Below are positions 24,180 through 36,489 of a stretch of DNA of 64,000 bases, piece by piece; the stretch's first letter is position 1; each line of letters begins with the position of its first letter. The notes under the pieces are model-generated. The model had not been told where the DNA came from and did no database searches. It was given only the letters and a program-made list of their open reading frames with translations. Position numbers and translations under genes: made by a program. Source of the stretch: Lama guanicoe. Taxonomy: Eukaryota. Location: NCBI GenBank assembly GCA_013239625.1, contig MU053574.1:371844-435843 (forward strand). Reading direction: 5' to 3'.

Positions 24180-26010
24180 TTTAGATATAATGTGCATGTT
24201 TTAAAAAATGTGAAGAGTACCAAAAAATACATAGTGGAAGTGCATCATTCTGCCCCTTTCCCGGAGTGGTTCAGGATGCGAAGGTCCCCATCACCAGACT
24301 CTTGTCTGTTCCCCTGGGGATAGTCTTTGCATATGAAGTACACATGAGTATGCGTAGTGCCCCTATTGAAGTTGATTGAAGTTTTTATTTGTTTGATACA
24401 CAAGTAGTTGCTTGCTATGCATGATTTCCTGGCCTTGCTCTTATTCACTTATATGTTGGGGATGGTTTCTTAACACCATGTTGATCTGCCTTGTTTTTTT
24501 AATGGCTGCCTAGTAGTCCACTGCCTGTATGTACCATAAATTATTGAATCATTCCCTCACTGGTGTTCCACACTTGGCTACAAACAAAGCTGTTATAAAT
24601 ACTCTACATTCTATAAAATACTTTAGAATTTCTTTATGCACACATATAAGTGTATATTTTTGAGAAATTTCTGTAAGTGGAATTAGCATTTTTATTTATA
24701 ATACCAAAATTGACCTTTAAAGGAGTTATACCAATTTGCACTCCCACCAGCAGTGTGCAAGAGTTCCTGTGTGCCTGTGCGTTTATCGACACTATTAGCT
24801 GTTTTATTTTGGCTTATCTGATGGGAAAATATTGTATCATGGTTTTAATTTGAATTTCTCTTAGGAATAAAGTTGAGCATCTTTTTATATGTTTAAAAGC
24901 CATCTTTTGAATTCTTATTTCCATAAATTAGCTGTTTATGTCCTTCATTTTTCTGTTTGAGTTGTTGGTCATTTTTATTTTTTAATTGAATGTTGAATCT
25001 GCTTTATAAACTAATAAATTGGCCCTTTCCCTTAGGTGGCATATTGTTTCCCCACATTGTCATTTGACTCAATTTTGTTTAGGTATTACTTTTCCATTCC
25101 GAAATTTAAAATTTTTACATAATAAAATTGATCAGTGTTTTATGTAGTTTCAGAGTTTTATGTCACCTATAAAAATGCCAACTTAATTCCAACTTTATTT
25201 CTAACTTAATTTTTTTGTAAAAGGACATTTGAAATATCCATCTTTTCAGTACTGATACAAATTGCCCTTTTTCTAAACTGTGTTTGCTATTGTAATCTCT
25301 ATTTGCTAGTATCAATTTTTTAATGCTACTATAGATTTAAAGTTTTAACATCTGATGTTGTTCAGAAATGTCTTGATTATTCTTGCACATTTATTTTTCC
25401 ACATGAACTTTCGAATCAGATTGTCTGGTTGTATATGTTACTTTCATATGCATATACATGTGCATACATGTGGCATTTTTTAGATATTTTATATACACAT
25501 AGAATGCATATGTATGACATTTTTGTTAGAACTGCATTACATTTATGGATTGATTTAGGGAGAATTAGCTTGTTTATAATATTGAGTCTTCTTACCCAGT
25601 AATAAGATACATTGTTCCATTTATTCAAATTTTATTTTATGTGCCTCAGAGGTATTTTAAAATTTTTATCCTTCAGATTTTGTACATTTTTAAGCTCATT
25701 CTTATCTTTTTTTTGCTAGTATAAGTGTGATTCCATCTAACATTCTGTGTTGGAAGGCTGTTGATTTTTATGTATTAATTTTGCATTCAGCTGGTTCACT
25801 GAATTGTCTTCTTTGTAATAGATTTTCAAGTGATCTTCTTGAGTTTTTTTTTTTCCTAGGATAAAATATAATCTGCTACTAATGACAACTGTACCTCCTA
25901 CTTTCTAGATTTATACATATTTATTTGTCTTGTCTGATTGCATGGGCCAGAACTTCTAGGTCAGTGTTCTATGGTAATGAGGGTAGTGGGCGGTCTTGTC
26001 CCCTCTTTAA
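24180..26010 (-). mobile_element. Old L1 (L1ME-like) remnant
   Basis: T-rich 1.8 kb with TATACCAATTTGCACTCCCACCAGCAGTGT and TTGAGCATCTTTTTATATG, typical antisense L1 ORF2/3' sequence. Confidence 0.75.
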
Positions 26011-26115
26011 TGAGACTGCTCTGGTTTACAAGTGACCACCCTTAATCTCTCTGTCTGGGCTCCCGTGACCTTCATTCATTCAACTCATGGCACTTTTTTC
26101 CTTTTGTGTCAACAG

Positions 26116-26160
26116 CGTGCTGACGGCCCCTATGCCCTGATACTGGTGCCAACGAGAGAG
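26116..26160 (+). CDS. DDX31: DDX31 exon 7
   Basis: AACAG|CGT ... GAG|GTAAGC. 45 nt, RADGPYALILVPTRE (motif Ia). Confidence 0.95.
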
Positions 26161-27526
26161 GTAAGCAGTCTGCTTTCAGGATGGGCGCTAAGCAAGCACT
26201 CTCAGCTGTATCGTTGAGTTTGAAAGTGGTGTTAACCTTTTTTCTCTCCACTGCACAAATCGGTACACCCTTTCCTTTGCTGGGAACCACCTTCTGGTTC
26301 CTGTCAGGAAATAAAACCTGAGTACTCTTTGAAAACCCCAATTTAAGTATGGAAGAGTATCTTCTGTTATCCAAAAACTAATGACACTATAAATTTCTGT
26401 GCTTTTCAAAAGAATTAAAATAATCACACTTTTTCCTTTGCTTTTTTTCTATTGCAACTTAATTAAAAAATAAAAGCAAGCAGCCCTAAAAATGAACTTC
26501 TTTTTTTTAAGAAGCTACTGCACCCAAAATTTTGCTTGTTTCTGAAAGTTAAGCTTCTGGATAGTTTTCTTCTTTCTTGATGGAACTCTCTTCTATCTGA
26601 TTTATTGTATTTACCTACAGAGGCAATTTCAGGGTAGGGTATCTGTTTTCCGTATCACATGCTAATCACTTCCTTGCAGAGAACTGGCCATGGAGATGGA
26701 GGTCTCACTCAGCCTTTGGTACAGCCTGCAGCGCCCTGTCTCAGCTCCATCCAGTGAAGGAGCGGGCACGAAGCTATTTAAATTTTTACAGCAGCAAACT
26801 CGCTGCTTCCCTGGGATGCTTCGTGAATACTAAACGTGTGGAAACGGTGTCTGTCGTTGGATAAAGGGATTATGTAGCTGCTTTTGGGATGGTTTTTAAC
26901 GGTTGTAACTTACGTTAATTTTCACTATCGGTGTTTTCCGGTGGGCTTGTTGGTGTTTTTTGTTTGTTTGTTTCCTTTTGTTTACTTCCCCTCCCTTTAA
27001 TAAACTGGGGGGATGACCTTCTCTGTCTTTAAGCTGCGGCTCTGCTCTGGCATGTCCTTGGGCTGTAGTCACGTCTCCTTTAAAGTAATGTTCTCAGGGC
27101 TGGCCTGTTGCTCCACGACGTGCTTTACCCTTCACCCATATTACATTCTTTCTCTTTCCGGAGGGAACCGAATTCAGGTTGACTCTCCTTCATTTTCTTC
27201 CATCTTTGTGCCCCTTAGACTGTTCTCTGTGGTACTCTGGGAATTTGAGCCAGCAGAGGGAGCACAAAACACTATTTTTGTGTACGTCCAAGAAATAGAT
27301 GTGATGTCTCTACCCATATTCTCCAAACTGACAGGTTTCAGAGTCAGTCTCAGAACAAGTCATACTTCCAAGTAGAGTCTGTGTATAGGATTTATGTATT
27401 TATTGTAATCCTAATTTGGGGTCCAGCATTAGATCCTTATTCCTCTACACTCTCTAAATTCGAAAAAATAAATAAAAAGGGGAGATGGGATCTTGCTCCT
27501 TATCTGTAACTTTTTCATGCTTACAG

Positions 27527-27568
27527 CTGGCTCTGCAAAGCTTTGAGACTGTCCAGAAACTGCTTAAG
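27527..27568 (+). CDS. DDX31: DDX31 exon 8
   Basis: TACAG|CTG ... AAG|GTAAGG. 42 nt, LALQSFETVQKLLK; completes PTRELA. Confidence 0.95.
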
Positions 27569-28383
27569 GTAAGGCAAGCCGTGAGTTCAGTTTTATCTTT
27601 TCTCCCCCTGACTTTTTGAAGAAAGAGAAATATGCCACGGCCTTTTCTTTATTTTTTTTATAGAGCCGGGAACTCTTCCAGTCCCCCTTTGTTCCCCGGC
27701 TGTCTCTGCTCTCCCCAGGTACGGGGTGTGGGCTCTTATTGATCTGAACCTTATTAATCACCAGTTTCTAGCTTGGCTAGATTACAGTGTTTCCTGGTAC
27801 TTCAGGTCCCATAATCTGTTCATCACAGTCACCAGCAAGCCACGCACAGAGGTTCACAGGCACATCCTTAAGGTGACCCACTGAAACAACAAGCCACAAG
27901 TAGGGTTTGTGTAAGAAAGAAGAGAGAGCGCTTCAGAGCCGAAGCCCACCAACCCAGCAGCTTAGGCGGAGACTCGATCTGTCCTTTCTTTCATCACAGG
28001 CAGGCACAAGGAAGTGCTGTACTCGGGTCTTAGCTCAACCAAAAAGGAAAAGAAAGGCACTCGACTTGCTGAAATGTGTTTTCAGTTCAGGCTCTGCGGG
28101 GAGGCGGAGAAGCGACTTGAATCATTTAAAAAGCTCACATTTCTCTCTCTCTCGGTGTTGGGAGCTCATTGCGTGACTATAACTTAAGTTACGGCTGCTA
28201 ACAGTCAGATAATGCTGCCGTGGGCCTGGCCAGGCCTGCGAGTCGTGTCTGCCCAGTAATCCCTCGTGCAACGAGAAGCCCAGTCCTCCCTCCCGACTCC
28301 CTTGAGGAAAAGGAATTGGGAATCAGTCTCGGCTTTCATTGAACAGGACTTTGCATTGATTTTGGTCTGATGTCTTTCTGTAG

Positions 28384-28448
28384 CCATTTACCTGGATTGT
28401 GCCTGGAGTGTTAATGGGAGGAGAGAAGAGAAAATCAGAAAAAGCCAG
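28384..28448 (+). CDS. DDX31: DDX31 exon 9
   Basis: TGTAG|CCA ... CAG|GTAGGG. 65 nt, PFTWIVPGVLMGGEKRKSEKA(R), with the GG doublet. Confidence 0.95.
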
Positions 28449-29119
28449 GTAGGGGGAAGTTGGCTTGTTTTTCGTTCCATTTTGAATCTCATCGGTCCTG
28501 CCTTCCTATTCAGTAAGACTCTCTGGCCCTTCTCCACCTGGAGAGAGCCTCGTGTCAGGCGACGCGGCCTAGTCCCTGGGTGTGGGATGGATGGAGCCTG
28601 CGGGGAGTGGTCACGGGGGGAGTGGTCACCGCTGGACAGTGCTGTTTTTTAAAACACTGATGAACCAACCAGGGGCTACCTTTTGATGTGGTCAGTAAGA
28701 GTGCTGGTTACCCTCCTGTCTCCCACCCCGTCTTGTTTAGAATGTGTCCCCTTGACTCCTTTTGTGTACCTTGGGAGTTTAGGCCTTTGTTGTTTGATTT
28801 TACAAAGACAAGATTGTAAACCTACATAACGCTTTGCCTCTTTGCATTTTACACCCCAACACATCGATTCTTAAGTCTGTGTTGTTAAGTTTGCACAACG
28901 TGCTTATGTTCCAGCAAGGAGACAAATGGATAAACGGAACACACAGGTCCCACAAGAACCTACAGAAGGAGGAGGGAAATTGTTACAGAAAGTAAATCTC
29001 ATTGTCTGTGTTCTTTATAAAGCATTTTCATTTTATTGTAGTTTAATGCTTAGTAGTTATACGCAACCATGTGCAGCATCTGTAAGCGAGGTGCTAATAT
29101 TAAACTGGAAACCTTCATG

Positions 29120-29570
29120 TGTTGCTTAGGATTAGACTTAGCTGTAAATGAAACAACAGTAGTGGCACAGACAACATGGAAGTTTTCTCTGTCTTTCACT
29201 TTTAAGAAGCCTGATGGTAGCCCGTCAGGGCTGGCGTGGTGTGTGCGCCGGTGTGAGGACCCAGCCTCCTTCTGTCTGTTTGTGCCACCAAGGGAGGCTT
29301 CCATTTTCAGACTTTCCTCACAGTGTTAGATAGTTGTTGGAGCTCCAGCCATTGTATCCAGTTTCCTGCCAGTAGGAACAAAGATAATCATACCTCCTCC
29401 TTCCAAAGGTACTTTTGGGATCTGCATGTTCCGTTTATCCATTTGTCTCGTTGCTGGAACATACGCACGTGCCCAAACTGAACTGCAAGGGAAGCTGGAA
29501 AATGCACTAAGCTAAGAACTGTGGGCTTTAATTACTAGGGACTAATGGGATAAAGGCTGTCTGGGGAGTA
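29120..29570. mobile_element. MLT1-type MaLR solo LTR remnant
   Basis: GGACCCAGCCTCCTTCTGTCT, AGCTCCAGCCATTGTATCCAGTTTCC and AACTGCAAGGGAAGCTGGAAAATG are MLT1-like segments. Confidence 0.6.
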
Positions 29571-29624
29571 AGAATTAGATTTATTCTGCCTAGTCTATGG
29601 GCAAGGGTAGGCCCGTTGTATGGA

Positions 29625-29840
29625 AGTTCCAAGGATTCAGTATGAGGAAAAAACGTTCTGGCCATTGGCGCGCTGGCGTGGGGTAGGTCACTCAGGTGAG
29701 AGGTTCCCTGGCACAGACACCGTCAAGAACAGGCTGGGTGACCATCTCTCTGGAGGGTTCTAGAAAGCATGTATAGATCAGATAAAGGGCGTTGGATTAG
29801 ATAGTAAAGGTTCCTTTGAGGGTTAGGGTTTATGATCTTA
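29625..29840 (+). mobile_element. CR1/L3 3' end
   Basis: CAAGAACAGGCTGGGTGACCATCT...GTTGGATTAGAT...AAGGTTCCTTT...TATGATCT resembles the L3 terminus. Confidence 0.55.
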
Positions 29841-30043
29841 ATAGGATTTCAGATCTCACAGTTAACGTTCTGTAAGAGAAACCTCGGAGGAAAGCTGGAA
29901 CGCAAGTCTGTCGCTGTGTTCGCGGTTCCAGGCTGTGGTGCACGGGTGCTCGCCCTGAGTGTCTCCTTAGCCTTTTCCCTGTGTTTTCTGTTGCTGCGGC
30001 TCCATCTGATTTACTTTCTTTTATGAAAAATAATTTTAAACAG

Positions 30044-30163
30044 AATCCGGAAAGGAATAAATATCCTTATCTCAACTCCTGGGCGGCTCGTGGATCATAT
30101 AAAATCCACAAAGAACATTCATTTCAGTCGGATACGGTGGCTGATTCTGGACGAAGCAGACAG
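30044..30163 (+). CDS. DDX31: DDX31 exon 10 (DEAD box)
   Basis: AACAG|A ... CAG|GTGAGC. 120 nt, [39 protein letters not shown](R): TPGR motif and motif II. Confidence 0.97.
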
Positions 30164-30291
30164 GTGAGCCTCTTCCAGGAAGCCTGAAAGGGGGAAGAAA
30201 AGGGCTCTTTCTGCTGTCTTCATGGAAGCTTCTGTAGCCCCTGAGTGCACGTTCATTCACGTAGATGGAAATTCCTTCCTTGAAATCACAG

Positions 30292-30398
30292 AATCTTGGA
30301 TTTGGGTTTTGAAAAGGATATCACCGTGATACTTAATGCCATAAATGCCGAGTGCCAGGGACGACAGAACGTCTTGCTGTCGGCAACACTCACGGAAG
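30292..30398 (+). CDS. DDX31: DDX31 exon 11
   Basis: CACAG|A ... AAG|GTGAGT. 107 nt, [35 protein letters not shown](G): motif III SAT. Confidence 0.96.
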
Positions 30399-31153
30399 GT
30401 GAGTTGAAAAGACGTGCTCTTTGTTCTTAACGAAGAGGGAGGGCCCAGGCACAATCTGCATTGTCTGTCGGCAGCAAAGATGCTCGGCCTTGGGGGAGAG
30501 GGCGAGGGGGCGAGTATCCCCAGGGGACTGCTTTTCAAACCACGTGTCCTGCACGCCCGGCCTCCCCCTCCCAGTCATCCTGAGTCCCTGTGGTCCCAGC
30601 ATGTGGGGAAGGGGAGGAAGGCAGGTCCCAGATCCAGAGCATCCCAGTGAGGAGGGTCCTGCTGGCGGCGCGCACATTGGGTGGAGGGGGAGGGAGGAGG
30701 CCGCCTGCCGCCCACCGCCTGCCGCCCACCGCCCGCCTGGCGGCCTCTTGGGGCCGTGATCGCCATCGTTCCCCCGCTGAGAGCCAGGCTCTTGTCTGGA
30801 AGATGACGACCTCTGTCCCAGCGCACTTGCTACTGTGATCCCCCTGCCTTTCTCCTGAAGAGATACTGAACCTGAAAAATCTCTGCTTTGAGCTCATTTC
30901 TGTCTTTCCACCCTCGTGAGACGGAATTTCTCAGCTCCTTGTAGTTGGTGGGAACACCTAGGCCGGGAGACGTTGCCTCGGTCTCCACCAGGATCCCCCA
31001 CACAGCGAGTCACTGCCTGAACAACAATACAGCTTTCACGCTCTTGGGTCTGGTTTACTTGGTTTACTGGCTGCGTGCTGGTGCACGCATACCAGATGCC
31101 GTTCACGTGACCCCCCAACAGTTCTCAAAGGGTGTTCTAGCTAACAGGAATTT

Positions 31154-31431
31154 TTTTTTTTAATTGAAGTATTGTCAGTTACAACATGTCAGTTTCTGGT
31201 GTACAGCGCTATGTCTCAGTCATGCATATACATACGTGTATATTCGTTTTCATACTCTTTTTCATTAAAGATTATTACAAGATATTGACTATAGTTCCCT
31301 GTGCTGTACAGAAGAAATTTGGTTTTTTATCTACTTTTGTATGTAGTGATTAACTTTTGCAAATCTCAAACTCCCAAATTTATCCCTTCCCACCCATTTC
31401 CCCCGGTAAGCATAAAATTGTTTACTAGATC
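31154..31431 (-). mobile_element. Young 5'-truncated L1 with target-site duplication
   Basis: Poly(T) then AATTGAAGTATTGTCAGTTACAAC.... Flanked by CTAGCTAACAGGAATTT (31137-31153) / CTAACTAACAGAAATTT (31432-31448). Confidence 0.85.
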
Positions 31432-31918
31432 CTAACTAACAGAAATTTTAAGATAGAATCCACGAAAAAGGGATTTTGTGCTCAAAAAATTAGGGAAATG
31501 CCACACATGACCTTCTTCTCCTGGAGATACGTGTGCGCACTAACACAGTAAAGGACCTGAGAAGGTCTGTAAACTTGTAAAGCCCGTGAAGGAATCCCAT
31601 GAAACCTTTCCCTCAGGGCTTTCATAAGTCACTTGACCCTAGAGCCCTTTCTGGCAGGTGGCGTCTGTTTCACTGGTTTTCCGTGGGTCGGAGCTGAGAA
31701 ACCTTGGCGGTGTGGGTGGGCGGTCAGGCCATGGGAGGAAATCGGTGTCAGCCCGCAGCAGACTGGCTGTAGGGCCGATCAGTGCTGGCATTTGGTGAGA
31801 CCTGTTAGCAGTGTCTTCATAAGCCCGGATGTGGAGTGAGGGGTGGCGGGCGCCTCTGTGGCCAGTTCCACAGTAATGTGCCTGTCGGCTATTCGGTCTT
31901 TTTCGCTTTTTATCCGAG

Positions 31919-32154
31919 GTGTCGCGCGGCTAGCCGATATCAGCTTACACAACCCAGTCAGTATTTCTGTCCCGGATGAAAGCCATGACCGGTCTGACCC
32001 AAAGAGCAGAGCGGTTCTTGAAGCTTCTGCCCCACGGACTGGCAGTGAACTGGACAGCTTTGCCATCCCAGCGGGTCTCGATCAGCACGTGACAGTGGTT
32101 CCCAGCAAACTGAGGCTTGTCTCCCTAGCGGCCTTCATCCTGCAGAAATGCAAG
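31919..32154 (+). CDS. DDX31: DDX31 exon 12
   Basis: Pyrimidine tract then CCGAG|GT ... AAG|GTGGGT. 236 nt, (G)[17 protein letters not shown]...[26 protein letters not shown]. Confidence 0.92.
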
Positions 32155-32901
32155 GTGGGTCTGGGGACTGGGCCCAGCCTGATCCAGGGAAGGACCATGG
32201 TTTTGTTTCTGCCTGGCGTGGAGGGCCGTGGGCTGAGACACACGCAGGAGTTTCCCAGCTTGCCTGTGTTTGTGAGCCCAGACCTTCGTAGAGGTCTTTG
32301 CAGCCCGTGGTTCTCCGATCATGGTAAAGACTCAGGTCAATGAGAGCCATTATTTTCAGCGTAAAATCTGCCTCAAATGTCTTTCCTTGGAGTGACACTG
32401 GGAAGGTCACAGGTGGTAGAAACATGCCATGAGGCAGAGGTAGGGGCCTGTGCGCATGTTTTTTAAAGAATCGGGGTTTTTGTATATTTACTAGATTTGT
32501 GTGATGACTTCTAGTACCTGGGAAAATAGTAGGTGGAGGAGCTTGAGGTCCCCCTACTTCAGGCTTCAAGATATCCTGCGTGCTCGGAGTGCCCGCGGGG
32601 GTGCTGTGTGCGGTGGGTCCCGGGTGAGTGAGGGGACAGAGCTAAGGTGCAGCTCCACACTGGAGCGTCGTTGTTTTCTCAGGGGTGGGAGGCCCGGTCG
32701 AGGTTGTAGCCACGTCATTGTCCTTCCCCGCATCCTTCATAGCATGGAGCGTAAGTGTTATTTTTAAAAATAATTCAAAGCCATCTGTCACCTCTGTTTC
32801 CAAATTGGGGCCAGTCAGCCTGTGTCTTTTACAGAGCGGTTCATTTTAGCATAACCTAATCTTAAAAATGTGCGGTGGTTTTCCCCCCTTTATTGCTGTA
32901 G

Positions 32902-33078
32902 TTTGAGAGAGACCAGAAGATGGTAGTCTTTTTCTCGAGTTGCGAGCTGGTGGAGTTCCACTACAACCTCTTCCTCCAGACCCTGCTGGGCGGCTCGGGG
33001 GCCCCTGCCCAGGGGCGGCCGCCATCTGCCTCTACGCAGTTCGGATTCCTGCGGCTGCACGGGGACATGGAGCAGGAG
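32902..33078 (+). CDS. DDX31: DDX31 exon 13
   Basis: TGTAG|TTT ... GAG|GTGAGC. 177 nt, [21 protein letters not shown]...[11 protein letters not shown]: motif IV and LHG. Confidence 0.96.
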
Positions 33079-34344
33079 GTGAGCGCCACACGCGTCCCGC
33101 CAGTGGGAGCCGGGCCTCCCGGGCCCGTCGGACGCGAGCCCGTCCTCCCAGGCTGGCCCCGGCCTCCCTGCGGCTGCGCTGGGCTGGCCAGGGCTTTGGC
33201 GGCAGCGGCTCACCCTGCTGTGCTGATGTGGCCAAGGGGAGGGGGGGTCCTTCGTCCCAGTTTTCCTTCGCTCTGGGGGCTGGTCCCTTCCACCTGAAAG
33301 AGCTCGCAGGCCCGGCTTGGCCTGAATCTACCTCAGCCAGCTGTTAAGGCAACAGAGTACCACTAAGTAGCTGGCACCAGGGAAGGGTTTTGCCTTTTTA
33401 GTACCCAGTGTGTAATTAGGGCTTGATGTCTTCAAATTAAGAGCATTAATGGAGCTAAATTGTGGATCCCATATGGTACTGCTGAGCGTGACTGCTGTCA
33501 TTGTCAACAAGATGCAGCGCTCCCGCGCTCAACACTTTCAGGCGGGAGAGGGCACCGGGCACCAGCGGGGCTCCGGGGCTCAGCGCCGCCTCGGCTTGGG
33601 CAGGTATTTTCGTTCAGGAGGAAGAGTAAAACATTCTCCTTATTTTGAGCACTTAGCTGCGTTAGCTTCCCTTCCGCTGAAGGGAAGCCGGCCTTCCACT
33701 TAGGGGTCGGGGCGGAGCCTGGATGAACTCCTGGGCTTGTGAGAGGAGGACCAGCAGGGCTCGGGTGCAGGAGCCATCTTGTCCTCGAGGAGAGGTTACC
33801 AGGCGGCTCAGGAAATTAGAAAGCCCGAAACAAAGCCGGAATGCAAATCACAGTTGACTAGAACCAGCTTAAAAAAACGGGAGTGTTCTTAGCGCCAAGG
33901 AGACATTAAAGGCCTTCGGGTCCAGCCCCTCTTTTTGCTTTTGCCTTTTTTGTTTTAATTGCTAAGGAAATGGAGGCTCAGAGAAGTGAACTTGCTCAAG
34001 GTCTCTCAAGGACACAGCTCTTTATTTAACACAGAGTTTCCTGAATATTCCAACCTTAGTGCGTTTTTTAAGCTGTTGGTTCTTGCCTTCAGGGTCCCCA
34101 GGGCTGGCATGCTTGTTGATTCCATCACGGATGCCATTTTTGTTTTGTAACCTTACTTTACCAATCCTCTGGGTCTGTTTCCTTCAGACTCACTGCGCGG
34201 TACGTGTGAGGGTGATGAGGGGGCTGGATATGGACCCAGAGGGATCCAGGGATTTGAATAAAGGTCAACAAAAGATTCTGTAGTTAGGTTAATTGAGATG
34301 CTGCATCTCACATTGTAATGGCGGTAACCGGGTAGACTGTTTAT

Positions 34345-34595
34345 AGCCGTGTGCTCTGGGGGCAGACTGCTGGTGTTCTCGTCCCGGTTCTGCCATTCAC
34401 TGGCTGTGTGACCTCAGGGAAGCATTTAACCTCTCTGTGCCTCAGTGTCCATGTCTTGGAAATGAAGAGAACGGCAGTGCATACTTCTGGGGTTGCCATG
34501 ATGATTCACTGAGTCAGCGCAGATCCGGTACTTGGTGCAGGGCCTGGTACAGAGCAGGCATCCAGTACCTGTAAGGTGTCAGGATCATTGTTATT
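34345..34595 (+). mobile_element. MIR SINE
   Basis: GGCTGTGTGACCTCAGGGAAGCATTTAACCTCTCTGTGCCTCAGT MIR core. A second copy at about 35075-35258. Confidence 0.8.
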
Positions 34596-36429
34596 TCCCT
34601 CTCAGGGAAAGTGTAGCTATTTCATAATTTGATAATTATTCTTAGTATTTTACCTGTGTTGGCTTGTTTGTTAAGTATTCAGCCTTCACAGCCTCCCTCT
34701 GAGGTGGGTGGAAGGTGGCAGGGAGTATCTCTGCAGGTCATTTTCTAAATGTTGTGTAAGGGTCTTGTCCCAGGGGACTAAGCTCGAACAGTCCCCATCA
34801 TAGCTACCTGGCTCGTTACCCTGGCCACTGCTCCACAGGGACCTCAGCATGGTCTCCCTGAATGATTGCCATGACCCCAGCCAAGTTTAAGAGCATTAAG
34901 AGAAGCTAGTTTGAAGAAGGTGCTAGGAAGTTGTGATAAATGCTCAGGGGTTTGGTGATTTTTTCCTTACCCCAAATCTGAGTGTCTGACGTCCAGTCTT
35001 TAAGATGTGTCACAGGCTGTCGTGAACTTTCCTGAGGTTTTTTTCTGATTCTGACTCTGCAATACCACCATTGACTCCCTGGGTTCAGCCCTTTATCCAC
35101 AGTGTGTGCATGTGCTGGGCAAGTTACTCAGCCTCTCTGTGCCTCAGTTTCTTCCTCTGGAAATGGGATGGTGATAGTACCTGCTCATAGGGTTGCCGTG
35201 AGGGCTGAATCAGCACAGGCCAGCAGCACCTGGCGCACGGAAGCTCTCAGGACATGTTGGTTGTCCCCGTCCACTGTGCTCAGTGAGGTGTATCCTGGGG
35301 TCCGGGTGTGGGACGGATGCGTGCACACAAAAGGCCAGAGTGAGACCCACCTCGGAGGCCCGGGGGCTGTGCCAGAACCGAGAGACTTCACTTTTTTTTC
35401 TCCAAACCTGTAGTAATTTGGTTATATTTCCCTTTTTTTTGTTGCTGATGGGCACAGCCAAGTGTCAGCTGCTTACAACACCGTGACTTGAACGCAGCCC
35501 CAGTGTGCCCCCTGCAAGGTCACGTCCTGGGCCTTTTGGTCTAGCAAGTCTGCCTTTAGGTATTGACCCCGAGGGAATATTGGGCGTGTGCGCAGTGACT
35601 CACCTACAAACATGTTCGCCGCAGTGTTGTTTGTGGTTATCAGCCATGCAGACGGGCTGAGTTGCCAGTAGTGGGGTGTTGGTCACATGGGGATGGGGCA
35701 CCTATCCCACTGAATGCAGTGTCATCACAGGAGAAGATGTGGTTTGGGGATATTTATCAGCATGAAAAGATGTTCACATTCTGTCAGCACATCATGAGAG
35801 CACGTTAGTACAAGACCCATGGTGCCGATTTTTTTAAAGCCCCATATTTGGTTATGTTTTGCATAGAAAGGGGCTCAGGATAGAAAGCGTTGCCAGCAGT
35901 GGTGGTTTGTTTTGAGCAGTAGGATGTTAAATGTTCTTCCTTTGACTTGAAATATAATTTTGGTACAGTTAAAATATATGGTTTTTATCATTTTGAAGTA
36001 TTTTTAAAGATCAGGTTTTAAAAAAATCATCCTGGAGGGAAGGTTGGCTGCTCTTCAGCCTCCACGCCTCTCGTAGGAAAAGTATTGGAATAAATTCTGA
36101 GTTGGGGGCCTTGAGTGCAATGACCTGTGACCTCTGGCCCTCCCCCCTCCCCGCTCTTGATATTGGCTGTTTCTGGAGGGTCCTATCGCCCACCCCTGGC
36201 CTCGCCCTGTTGTCTTACAGAAACGTGCTGCCCTCAGAGCCCCGCCTTTGCCACAGCCTGAGGGGTCTAGTCCTGTGGAACTCAATTCTTCCTCTTTCTT
36301 GGCAAAGCCTCTCTGTGCCTAAAAATAGTTACAGGAGCGGTAGAAAACTGGGAGAGTCATGAGCACCTAAGCCTCCCCGCTGGAATCGGACTCGGACTTG
36401 TAAGGCCCTGTTTCTCCTTGTTTCTGTAG

Positions 36430-36489
36430 GAAAGAACGGCCGTGTTTCAAGAATTCTCACGTTCCAAAGCGGGCGTCCTCCTCTGCACG
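36430..36489 (+). CDS. DDX31: DDX31 exon 14
   Basis: TGTAG|GAA ... ACG|GTATGT. 60 nt, ERTAVFQEFSRSKAGVLLCT. Confidence 0.95.

Noticed and set aside
28602..28629. Direct repeat GGGGAGTGGTCAC x2 (similar small duplications near 30701-30731 and 63078-63114)
   Set aside because: Two-copy local slippage duplications with no spacer array or other structure; not CRISPR-like.
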